A stretch of 64,000 nt of DNA from Octopus vulgaris (Eukaryota). The stretch is from positions 59,272,001 through 59,336,000 of the forward strand of contig OX597819.1 in the NCBI GenBank assembly GCA_951406725.2, written 5' to 3'. The position numbers and the translations under genes are program-made. The first letter of the stretch is position 1. Each line of letters opens with the position of its first letter. This document shows, one piece after another, positions 1 through 11,570 of the stretch. The notes beneath the pieces are model-generated. The model was not told the DNA's origin, made no database searches, and worked only from the letters and a program-made list of their open reading frames with translations.

Positions 1-964
1 ACATGCATGTGTATTCTTGCTACCTTCGCCATCTCACTATCAAGAACACATCACATTGTATGTGTGTTATATTTGAATATTTGAACTAGGAGCTGTTTCA
101 ATGAAACAGAATGTTACATTATATGATGTATGCGTGTGTGTACGTAATATCAGTCAACTTTGTAGAATGCTGGGTCCATCTTTCTATCTGTAACATTCAT
201 GTTCTCTGTCTATTATTGTATTATTTTCATGATGTTGAAAATGAAGTCTATCACATCATATGTACATTTTACTGTGGCCAATCATAGTTTGCTTCAGAAG
301 AGAATGTGAATTAAAACATTAACTGTTATATAGTTTTGTTTATTTTAATTAAATTTAGAAACCTTGATAAGCCTACTACTATTATTGTGCAATTTTTTAA
401 AAACTAACAACTACTTATATTAAATAATTATTACATGCAACTGCCTTTATAATGTACAATACACAAACCACCAAATATTTATCTCCTTAACTGGTACCTC
501 TGCTTGACAAATTGACATTAAAAATTTAATATATCCTAAAGTCACTAAAACCAATGGATTTTCCTATTCTAATCATCTATATTGCTTAAAACATAAATCT
601 TTTATTTGTGTTTAGACAATTACAGAAATATATTTATTTATGACATTTTGAATATTTAAATGAAGTGATCTAACTGGATTCCAGTTCATTTATAACAAAT
701 ATTTACTGATGGCCGTTTTGGTAAAATTAATTTCTAAAAAAATGTGAATGTGCAAAACTTGTATAATTGAGCTAATTATCTTCAATCAGTAAGGCTTCAG
801 ACCTTTCAAAAGAAAGCATTTTTATATCCTTTTTTCTCTCTCTTTGCTGCACTTTTGTCTGTCTTTGCTAAACTGGGTTAGAGGAATGAACATTTTGTAA
901 GTCCTTTCTGTTAGTAATCATTTAACTTTAAAATAAGAAATACCCCACTTTTTTCTCTACCTAT

Positions 965-996
<32 letters not shown>

Positions 997-1002
997 CACA
1001 AA

Positions 1003-1250
1003 GGCAGCGAGCTGGCAGAAATGTTAGCACGCCGGGCGAAATGCGTAGCCATATTTCGTCTGCTGTTACGTTCTGAGTTCAAATTCCGCCGAGGTCGACT
1101 TTGCTTTTCATCCTTTTGGGGTCGATAAATTAAGTACCAGTTACGCACTGGGGTCGATAAATTAAGTACCAGTTATGCACTGGGGTCAATGTAATCAACT
1201 TAATCCGTTTGTCTGTCCTTGTTTGTCCCCTCTGTGGGTAGTAAAGAAAT
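1003..1250 (+). mobile_element. tRNA-derived SINE (Nin/Deu-like central domain) with internal 32-bp duplication
   Basis: A box TGGCAGAAATGTTAG, B box GAGTTCAAATTCC, body GTCGACTTTGC.TTTCATCC...GGGGTCGATAAATTAAGTACCAG duplicated at 1118-1181. Confidence 0.85.
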
Positions 1251-1289
1251 ATATATATATCATATGTATAAAGCGGGAAGTATTAGTGA

Positions 1290-1960
1290 TTAGATAGTTT
1301 TTATGTGTGGCAAATGTTCGGGAGGAATAAACACTGAAAATGCACAGAAAACAGCATCTGTCACATGCTGGGGGACAAACAAGAAGTAGTTGATAGCTTC
1401 AATTACCAAGTCAGTAGCTGGGGTGGATGCTCTGAGAATGTAGCTGCTAGAATAAGGATTACCTAGGCAAAGTTCAGAGAGCTCCTACCTCTGCTGGTAA
1501 CAAAGGGCTTCTCATTCAGAGTGAAAGGTAAACTGTATGACACATGTGTGCAAACAACCATGCTACACGGCAGTGAAACATGGACTGTGACTGCTGAGGA
1601 CATGTGTAGGCTTGAAAGAAATGAAGCTAGTATGTTCCACTGGATGTGTAATGTCAGTGTGCATACACAATAGAGTGTAAGCGCCCTGAGAGAATAGTTG
1701 GACATAACAAGTATCAGATGTGGTGTGCAAGAGAGACAATTGCACTGGTATGGTCATGTGTTATGTATGGATGAGGACAGCTGTGCGAAAAAGTGGAGGG
1801 ATCCTGTGGAAGAGGTAGACCCAGGAAGACCTGAGATGAGGTGGTGAAGCACTACCTCCAAACACTGGACCTCACAGAGGTAATGACAAGCAACCGAGAC
1901 CTTTGGCGATATGCTATGCTTGAGAAGACCTGGCAAGCCAAGTGAGATCGTAGCTGTGGC
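1290..1960 (+). mobile_element. RTE-clade LINE, 3' end of ORF (decayed)
   Basis: Translates to FMCGKC...AKFRELLPLL..KGFSFRVKGKLYDTCV..TMLHGSETW...RLERNE...LHWYGHV...GRGRPRKT. Confidence 0.88.
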
Positions 1961-2340
1961 CATTTAACCAGCCCATTTAAGAGTACCCTTCAATCATCAG
2001 GCAATATGCTGTGCTTGAGAAGACCTGTTGAGTGAAGTGAAATTACTGTCGTGGCTGATGTCAGTACCGCCTAACTAGCACCTGTACCAGTGGCACATAA
2101 AAAGGACCATTTGAGCATGGTTGATGCCAGTGCCACCTGACTGGGCCCCTGTGCCAGTGGCACGTAAAAAGCACCCACTACAATCTCAGAGTGGTTGGGG
2201 TCAGGAAGGTCATCCAGCTGTAGAAACCTTGCCAGATCAGATTGGAGCCTGGTGCAGCCTGCTGGATTGCCAGTCCTCAGTCAAATCATCCAACTCTTAC
2301 CAGCATGGAAAGTGGACGTTAAATGATGATGATTATGATA
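1960..2340 (+). mobile_element. RTE-associated 3' tail / SINE-like repeat ending in (GAT)n
   Basis: GGCACGTAAAAAGCACC repeat units, AGGAAGG.CATCCAGCTGTAGAAAC, and GGACGTTAAATGATGATGAT tail shared with 3080-3465, 47085-47230 and 59131-59509. Confidence 0.75.
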
Positions 2341-2369
2341 TCATATAGGGGATTTCACTGATTATGAGG

Positions 2370-3075
2370 AGAAACTTCAGAATTTTAGTACATGAAGTTA
2401 CTGAATGGGGAAAATGAGTGAAAGGATGAAGAACTACCCATAACATAGCCAAGAGAGGGATCAGTTACTGAAGAAGATAGTCAAATGCTTGAAATGACTA
2501 TTAAAGATATGAAAATAGAAAAAGCTGCTTGACAATCATCCAAGATGCTGAAAATCTCAAGAAAAATAGGACTCAAGCTAGGCACTCACATAGTCAGCCA
2601 GGCAATAGAGGAAGATGTCATATGTAATGAATAGCATGGCAGAGTATTTGCACAATTGATTAGGAAAAGCATCAGCATAGATGAGATGCAGTTCAGATAC
2701 TTGCCAGCTGAAGAGCTACTAATGCTTTCTTCACAGTAAGACAACTGCAAAAAGAAGCTCCATCTAGCATCCGTTGATTTGGAGATGACATCATGTCGAG
2801 GTACCATGATCTTCAATCTGACAGCTCTAAGAAAACTAAAAGTAAATGAATGGGTTGTGACAGTGGTGCAAGCCATGTACAGAGATGAAATCAGCAGGGA
2901 TGCAATGAATTCAGTGAGGAACTAAATAAGTTGGAAAGTTCAGTCCTCAGCCCCATCTATTTATTATAGTCTTCTTTTTTTTAAATCAAAACAGAGTAGT
3001 TTAAGACTGTCTAGGCATAAGAACTCCTAAATGTTGCTGACCTAGAATTTATAGCAGCATCTGTGTAAGATTTAG
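2370..3075 (+). mobile_element. RTE LINE reverse-transcriptase fragment
   Basis: Decayed IKDMK..KA, RQLQ, VDLE, ALRKL.V.EW.V.VVQAMYRD, GSVLSP.LFIIV, ELL..ADL motifs. Confidence 0.75.
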
Positions 3076-3079
3076 AGAT

Positions 3080-3465
3080 GTAGTACCCTTCAATTGTTTG
3101 GTGATATGCTATGCTTGTGAAGACCTGCTGAAATGAGTGAAATCAGTCATGGTCGATACCAATGCCGTCTGACTGGCACCCAAACTTGTGGCATGTAAAA
3201 AGCACCATTCAAGCATTGGGCCTCATGGAGGCAGTGACAGGTGACTGAGACTTTTGGTGATATACCATGCTTGTGTAGACCTGTCAAACCAAGTGAGACC
3301 ATAGTTGTGGCCGATGCTGGTGTCAGGCCAGTGGCATGTAAAAAACACTCATTACAGTCTTCGAGTGGTTGGTGCTAGGAAGGGCATTTAGCTATAGAAA
3401 CCTATCCAAATCAGTCAAACCGTCCAACCCATGCCAGCATGGAAAGCCGAAGTCTGATGATGATC
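3080..3465 (+). mobile_element. Second copy of RTE-associated tail repeat
   Basis: Similar to 1980-2340 (AGTACCCTTCAAT..., GGCATGTAAAAAGCACC, CCAACCCATGCCAGCATGGAAA, GATGATGAT). Confidence 0.7.
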
Positions 3466-4052
3466 ACAGAAATTGAAGAAATAGAAATAATTCCACAATA
3501 AAAAGCACTCAGTACACTGTAAAACGGCTGGCATTAGGAAGGGTATCAGAAACCATTGGAGCCTAACACAATCGTCCGACTCCTCATATCTTTTCAAACT
3601 ATAGGTACAGGTGTGCATGGGTTTGTTTGTGCATGCACACAGGTATTTTGGGGTCTTCTTGTCATGATACTGTGTAATAGTAGTAAATGAATGTCATAGC
3701 AATACAATTTGTGTCATTCATTTCCAGTCTTCCTCAAGAACACGTGGTTGCTTAGAAACAGGTGAAGGTTGGTGACAGGAAGGATATCCTGCTGAAGAAA
3801 ATCTACCTCAATGAATTCCATCCATCCTAAGCAAACATGGAAAAGTGGACATTAAAATTATATATATATATAATGTGTGTGTGTGTGTGCATATACGCAT
3901 GCACACACACACACACAATCAGATATGATTGCAATGTTTGCTGCAAGGAAATCTAATTTTTTTTTTAACCTCTATAATGCATCTATCAGAATAGAAATAC
4001 ATTTCTTATAAGAAACAAATAAAAAAAATACTTATTAAAAGAAAAGACTTAC

Positions 4053-4123
4053 CTGCATGATAAAATCTGTTGGCTTCTCCAAAAGTTTCCGTGTACCTTT
4101 GACTTTAATTCGAGTAACATGAG
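4053..4123 (-). CDS. ZCCHC14: ZCCHC14/2-like coding exon 3 (71 nt: (A)HVTRIKVKGTRKLLEKPTDFIMQ), start of the PX-like region; gene continues off-window
   Basis: Acceptor TCTCTATATTTACAG|C and donor CAG|GTAAGT. Phase 1 start completes GCT with exon 2. Peptide resembles the ZCCHC2/14 segment (V.I.KI.LKG...Y.F.) that precedes V.WSD. Confidence 0.8.
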
Positions 4124-6183
4124 CTGTAAATATAGAGAATTTTGCTGAAAAATATGTTTTCATGATTTCTTTAAATTGACAAAATAAAAAAACTATATTA
4201 CATTAATATTTGCTACCTCTTGTCTTTCAGAGATTATCTTATATATTCCAGCTCAAGAGATAAAAATCAAAAGAAAATAATTCCAATAATTTTTCCTAGA
4301 ACAATTAGCTTAACATATTGCCCCAAAACAGAATACACTTTATCTAAGATGAAATTAATCAACGTTCATTTGTCCAGTATTGCTGAAATGAAACAAGTAA
4401 CTTAGGAGTCAAAGGTGGTGCTATATAGAAACACAAAACAGAAGAACTGTCAGAAGCCAAAATTTGTGTAAAAGTATATAATTCTCATAAAAGAAATCAC
4501 AATACAGAACATGATACATTCTGTTGTGACTTTAATATAAGACACAAAGGTTTTGTATGTTGACTGTTAAATACATTGCATAACAACAAACTGCAGCGTG
4601 GTAATAACTCTTGACCAATAAACATCTATATTATCCACTTGGCAATGGTATCTAAGTAGAATAAACAAGAACTTTATATTTCAAGTATAATTTAACTACA
4701 TTTAGTTAATTGGGACAGAAGGTAATAAATGTTAAATTTTAAAGTGAACAAGACCGACAGTATTTTTCTCAAGACAAAACCGCTAAATGGTACTGAAAGC
4801 ATCATTATTCGAAGAAAATCAATTTCTTCAGAAAACAATGTTGACAATCACTGAAGAAAGAACACAACCAAGTAGAAAAAGTACTTGTTAGATCAGAAAT
4901 CAAGAGGGTTACTGTTTTATAGAAATTGAAACAGAGGCAATAACTCTAAGTATAAATCTAATCTGGTTAACAAAACTAAAATTCTGACTATGAGAAATAT
5001 ATGTGAGCAACTATCTTTTGCTTTTGTTTTTGTTTTGTGTATGAGTTTGTATGTGTGTGAGCATACGCACATGTATATATTAAACATCTTTAGGAAATCT
5101 CTTGTTACCTTTTTATAAGCAACAACCTATGTTGACTACCGAACTTGTTAATCATCTTAAGTCAACCTAGTTATCAGCTGTTTATTTCCTCTTCACTTTG
5201 TAAAGAAATCAATAAATCAAAAATACTAATTCACCCAGATTATATATGTATATGTGTTACACCAGTTAAGTTTCTCAAGCACAAGTCAACAAAAAAGCTG
5301 ATTATACATGCAGAATTTACTTTTAGCATTGTGCTGCCTGTAAAAACAATCAAATACCATATGAGGAGGTGGGGAGACGAAATACTACAGTGAATATTTT
5401 TAGAAACTTTCTCGTTTTAAAGAAGAAGAAAAGATATCAAGAACAGCAGGAGGTTTGTTGCTACTTGTTGTATAGCAACAAAATCCGTTACACAATAGGT
5501 GTAAGAGAAATTGAAGAGTGACCAAATGAACAATATACAAATAGAGATGAGGATCTGTAACAACTCAGAAGAGTCAAAAGTAAAACAATTAAAGCAGGTT
5601 ATTTTTCTCAACTCCAAATTAAGAAATTCTCACATGTTATGTATAAAGAAGTTACAATAAGAATGTTTAAAAAGAAATAAAATAAACATAAATTACAGGT
5701 TGATTTATGATTTTTTTACATGCTTTTGACTATATATGTAAATGACATTTTATTATAATAGATTTATATTTTAGAAAACTATACAGAATATGAGATGTTA
5801 AGTTTATGCCTGTTTTTCCATGCTGCACAGTGGGACAGAACCTAAAACAGTGTGATTAGGATGTAATAATCTTAACCACACAGCTATGTTTGTGCCTCTA
5901 AAACAGAAGTCCTAAACAGCTTTTTATATAGTTAATGATAATAATAATTCCACCATTATTGTAATATTTCTAGTTATACTTATTTCATGATTGAAATGGC
6001 TGGTAAAGCAGACTTTACAATGTTATTAATCAAGGTTAATTATTATATTCAGATGATTAACTGCTACTTGAAAGTAATACTCATTAAAATATTTAGAACA
6101 AGCTTTGACCCAATGATCCAAAAGGGTTTAATAACCAAATAAGAACAAATGGAGCAAAAATAATGTTAAAAATAAGAAATGAA

Positions 6184-6562
6184 GGCATGGCTTAGAACTT
6201 TACTTCTCAACCACATGGTTTCAGGTTCAGCCCCTTAGCCCTGAACTGAACAAACTTGAGAGTCAATTTGGTAGGTGGAAACTGAAAGAAGCCTGTCGTG
6301 TGTGTGTGTGTTTGTGTTTTCCCTCGTCTTCACATCTTCACATTGTGTGACGGTTGTAAATGAATATCACTGTCATACAAGCAGTGTTGTCCAAACCCAA
6401 TATTTTGCAAAAATATGCCTGGTCATGGGGAAATATTACCTTGCTTGGAAACAAGTGTGGGTTGGCAACAGGAAGGGAGTCCAACCATGGAAAATCTGCC
6501 TCAATTTAACTCCATCTGACCCATGGATACATGGAAAAGTGGACATTAAATCAATGATAATG
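6184..6562 (+). mobile_element. CORE-type SINE with RTE-like tail
   Basis: GGTTCAG B box, GGAAACTGAAAGAAGCC, (GT)n, GGAAAAGTGGACATTAAA..ATGAT tail. Confidence 0.75.
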
Positions 6563-7925
6563 ACAAACAGTTTCAGTCATGAAAACTGAAGTCAGAAGTT
6601 AGGCAGTTTGAAGTGTAACATTAACTGAGACTGAATGAAAATAAATAGCACTAAGAAAGGAATTAATCCATGCCTACAGGGAAAAAAATCATTCATACTG
6701 AATCAACTAAAGAATATTGGTAAAAGATTTGCAATTATCAATCAGTCTAATATATATTTACTTCCACAGAAGTTTGACTATGGAAGATATTAACTAATAA
6801 AGGAAAGTAATTAAAAGAAAGACTCAAAAAGTGTATTTAGATGATAAACAAGTAGAAACAAAGCTGGACAGGAAACTCTTGTCTCTGTTTAAAAATCAGT
6901 CACTGAGATTAGTTATAACATTTTAAAAAATATCTTTGAAAAAAGATTATTCAAAGTTGTTAATGGAAGTCACCTATGGAAGTAAGCCAAGACATCACAC
7001 AACATTTGATATGGGTGTGATTGCTGTAAGCATTTATGGAGACCACACATTTACCAAAATACCTATGTTTAGTTTCCTTTCAGTGTTAAAAAAATATTCA
7101 TCTTTAAACTATTGTTACCTTTATTCAAGAAGCAAGTTTGCCTGACAATAGAATTCTGCAAATGAATCATTGATGATTCTTCCACTTCGTACACATCTTT
7201 AATTATATTCAAACAAGATTATCCACCTGATACACATTTTCAACACCAACACAATACAACCAGTAATTGTTCACTGTTGCATTCTCACTGACTCTTCTAC
7301 AATTACTACAATTGTTAATGCTTCTCTAGATTTGCTCATTCTATATCACCTCCATCTAAAGCTGTCTCCATTTCACCAATTACTCCAAATTTCCCATATA
7401 CCTGATCCCAGAACACAACTCCCAAATCTTTTTCTCCTAAACTACATCCTTTTTGTCTGTATATTCTCCCTTGTTAACGTAAAATTACAAAGGTTTCATA
7501 TATTAATAAATACTACCAAGCTATAAGAGTAACCATACTTAGGATCAAAAGAAATTAATAACTTTGCTGTTTCTTGATAGTTTTATCATTTTTATTATCA
7601 ACTTGGCGGAAAATACACTGAAAAATTAGAATATATTCTAATCAATGAAAATAAATTGTGAGTTGATTTTGATAAATAGTTGTTGATAAAGATTAAGAAT
7701 CTGCTGGTTTCAGACATGCTCTTTATTTATGCTTTAAACATCACAAAACATATGAATTTAAAAAATTTCAATTATATTGGATGTGAAAGTCATAAAACTA
7801 TACAAAACAAAAACTTAATCTAAAATGAGTCTAAGCTAGAAAATACTTATATCCCTTTTCAGAACACAAGCTTTATCCAGGATTGCAAGAATTCACTGTA
7901 TTTCACCTACTTTAAGGTTCTTCAA

Positions 7926-8144
7926 CTCTTTAGTATTTAAACCAGCCATATCCAGCCCAAATATTGTATCTACTTTATGTTCAAAAGACCAGATGTAATC
8001 TCTAGCACCTACCCTACAATGTTATTCTAAAAATAATCGATCAGATCATCAAAATCTTAAAGTAACAAAATAATGCAAGATTACTTTAAAACAATGTGAA
8101 TGAACAAGGATTACATATGATAGAGTAATATGAATGCTAAAGGG
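7926..8144. mobile_element. piggyBac-like MITE, same family, opposite orientation
   Basis: Ends CTAAAGGG|TTAA; interior is the reverse complement of 60957-61176. A partial copy also lies at ~63880-63990. Confidence 0.75.
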
Positions 8145-8234
8145 TTAACTTTCATATCGGTTACTGTCCTGTTTCAAATATCCTGCCAGAACATGAGGCA
8201 ACAGTTCAATTTGAAATTAGTTTTCCTTATCTGT

Positions 8235-8394
8235 CATCATCATTGTTTTAACATCCACTTTTCCACACTTGCATGAGTCAGATGGATTTGGTTGAAGTAG
8301 ATTTTTCTACAGCCAGATGCCTTTTCTGTTTCCAAGTAAGTTAATATTTCCCCATAGCCAGGCATGTTTTCACAGAAGATTAGAAATGAAGGAC

Positions 8395-8440
<46 letters not shown>

Positions 8441-8640
8441 TAATGTGGTGTCAAAACAAGACTCTCTCCTCTCCCTCACACACATACACATATATATAAG
8501 ATGAGCTTCTTTCAGTTCCATCTACGAAATCCACTCACAAGGCTTTAGTCAGCCTCATGCTATAAGTAGAAGACACTTGCCCAAGGTGCCATACAATGGG
8601 ACTGAACCCAAAATGATGTGGCTGAGAAGTAGGCTTGCAG
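8235..8640 (-). mobile_element. CORE-type SINE with RTE-like tail, containing a (CA)n tract
   Basis: Reverse complement of the 6184-6562 / 62219 family (CACTTGCCCAAGGTGCC..GGGACTGAACCC). Confidence 0.78.
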
Positions 8641-8689
8641 CGCACAATAATCTACATTTCTATTCCCTTGCATTCAGATTGGCTGATGT

Positions 8690-9270
8690 TCACATCATCA
8701 TCATCATTGTTCGACCGGTGTCGAGACAATGGAATTTACTATGTTACGCCAGACCTCACGGTCTGTCATAGCATTACAGAGATCCTGTTGCTGGATGCCT
8801 GTATCCCTGGAGATTACATCAGGGTAGGAGAGTGTGCGCCCTCTGGTATCGTGAGCAGATGGCTTCCAGAGGAGAAGAGTAGAAATTACCTTGCTTTCAG
8901 CTCAACAACAATGTCCAGCAAACTCGACTCTTCTAACTTTCACAAGAGATGATACAGGTGGTAATTTCCCATAAATTTGTACTTTGGTTGGATGACACTT
9001 CCACAAGAGATTTTGAGCTCTCATAAGGAGGCAAGTGTAAGTTCCAACCACCTCTCAAGCTTCTTTGATAACATCCAGATTTCTGAGCCATATAGTAGAA
9101 TTGGTTCGACTGGGGCTTTGAAGATTTTAAGTTTGAAATCTCTACTTAGATTTGCTGACCAGATCTTATGCATATCATTACAGGCTGACCAGGCCATACC
9201 CTTTCTAGTTAGAAAATCTTTTTCAGATGATGTTATTGTATGACCCAAGATATTTGTAATCAGAAACCAT
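8690..9270 (-). mobile_element. 5'-truncated non-LTR retrotransposon (RTE-like, different family)
   Basis: DYKYLGS..TSSEKDFLTRKGMAWSAC..M.KIW...LKIFKA.VEPILLYGSE.W, with a (GAT)n tail at ~8692-8707. Confidence 0.8.
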
Positions 9271-11570
9271 ATTTAAGAGTATGTTCACATACTACTCTCA
9301 AATGTAGCAGAAGCACAATTAGTTTCAATAATAATCAGTGTGTGTGTGTGTGTGTTTGAACTGTTTTCACAAAAGCTTTTCTTTTTTTATGTTTCTGATA
9401 CTTAATTCTCTAAATATCCAGTCATCCAGTAAGAATGATCTGAAAATGGTGTATTTCCTGGTAGAACTATCCCTGTTCTGCTTAAAAGTAATGACTCAAG
9501 AACTACATAATACATTCGTGAAAAATTTTATTATATCTGATAAACATATAATGTCAGCATGAGTACATTTTGACACATTTAGGTACTTAGAAATGAATTC
9601 ATCAAACAAGGAGGTAAACACGTATGAAATATACTCACTCACACTCAAAAGGATATTTATTTTTAACACTAAAAACTTGTGTGAATTCCATAGAGGAAAA
9701 CAAGTTTCTTGTTTAATAGCTCTGTCGAAGTTTAAATCATGAATTTATTTACAACATGGCAGTTCTTCCTAAGGTAGGTATGTTTAGAGTTAGTTCTCAG
9801 GCTAAAGAGTATGGAAATAAACAGTAAACCCTTAAGATGTTGCTGGCTTATTCCACTTCAGATCTTTTATTTTAGACCATTCCAATATTTAGTTTACTTG
9901 TATTTACTTTTCATTATTTTACTCCACACACTAAATGATTAAAACTCACTGAGCAAACTAACATGTGACAACTATCTCTTAAAATATATTACAAAAAAAT
10001 AAATAAATAATTATACTCTTTTACTTGTTTCAGTCATCTGGCTGTGGCCATGCTGGAGCACCGCCTTTTGTTAACTTTTCTTTTGTTTTTCAAATGGCAA
10101 ACAAGACTGAAAATTTTCAATAGTTGGAGTGAAATCACAATGTCAGACCCTCCCATCAACAACAAAAAGAAAATTATACCCAAGAAAAAATTTCGAAAAC
10201 ATTTTCTGAACAAGTTTTTATCTAGTACAACTAATTAAAATAATTTTCCCAGCATTTAGACAGACACTGGTTCTATTTTTAAATCCTCTAAAGTAATTTC
10301 TTACAATCAAACTTTAATAGAACTAACTTGTCCAGTTATATGACTTGTTTGTATGAACAAATTCTTTTTTACAATGGATAGATCAAGTCTCAAGAGAAAA
10401 TTGCTTCTGGGGAGTTAGCAATTAGCTCTACAAGTCAATTGCTATTTCTTAATGATTTTATTTAGATTTTGTTTTATTTATTTCCCTATAATCTTGCCAT
10501 TTTGAATCTCATAAACTCACACTTAGGATTCAGCATACACCAACTAATAAGTGTTAAAATGAGTCCTTACATGAACATGATGACAGATTTAAATGGATGA
10601 AGGAAACGTGTTAATTATTACATACAAGCTTTTCTTAATTACCAACTTAAACTGGACCCAACAGGCCAATAAATTTCAGTGGAAAATTCAATTTGTTCAG
10701 ACTTATTTTCAAAACTAACAGCAGAAGCAAGAAGAAAACAAATGAAATGCATAAAAAGTTGGATAGTAATTCTCAAGTTGTTTGTCAACACAAACAATAT
10801 TCTAAAAGAATCAACAGAAAGTAATTATTATTATACCTGACAAAAATGTGCTTGTTTCTAGAAAGTTAAATGGCAATGTTAAGCTGAGTAAAGAAAACAA
10901 TTCAGTCAATAACAAAGTACATTACGTTCATGGAATCCTTCCTACCTCTTTGTGTACACCTTTCACAGTAGCTAGTTGTCTTGCTCACTGAAGACTATTA
11001 TTTAGCAATAAGTATTTCTCTATCTATCCCTCATCCCTTAATGTATCTGATTAAACAGTCATCTTTAAAAATAGTTGAACAAGTCTGTCTCACTATACTT
11101 GCTATCACACCAAATACTCCCAACTTCAAGATAATATTGGTAAGGCATGACCAAATAATGGATGTGATATTGTTTTATACAACAAAGACTGATAGATTTT
11201 GCACAAATGATAATGATCCAGGTAGATGTATTATAGTATCAAGCTATAATATCACAAAAGAACAGTTGTTGCTTTCCATCAATTCAGTGCTACTAAAAGA
11301 AATTATAAGTTATATATTGAAACCAATTCAATTGATCTTACAAAACTTGTCCTTAGAAGAAGTTTAAGCATAAATGTCACTATCTTATGTCACTAGTTAT
11401 AACGGAAACAAGATAAAGTTTAAAGTGGGTGTAGTTGTATGGGAACTTAAGATTTTAATTTGAAAAATAATATATAAAATATAAATCATCAGAAACTAGT
11501 GCTCAAATTATCATATAAATATCCTCTGTGCACATTGTATCCATACAAATCCAGAGGAAATACTCTAGAG

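Noticed and set aside
1003-1095. tRNA-like A/B boxes (also at 60550-60633 and 62627-62715)
   Set aside because: SINE heads followed by SINE body and TSDs, not tRNA genes.
10981-11367. 128-aa ORF with TTG start, and similar short ORFs throughout the track
   Set aside because: No motifs or splice support; expected by chance or derived from repeats and microsatellites.
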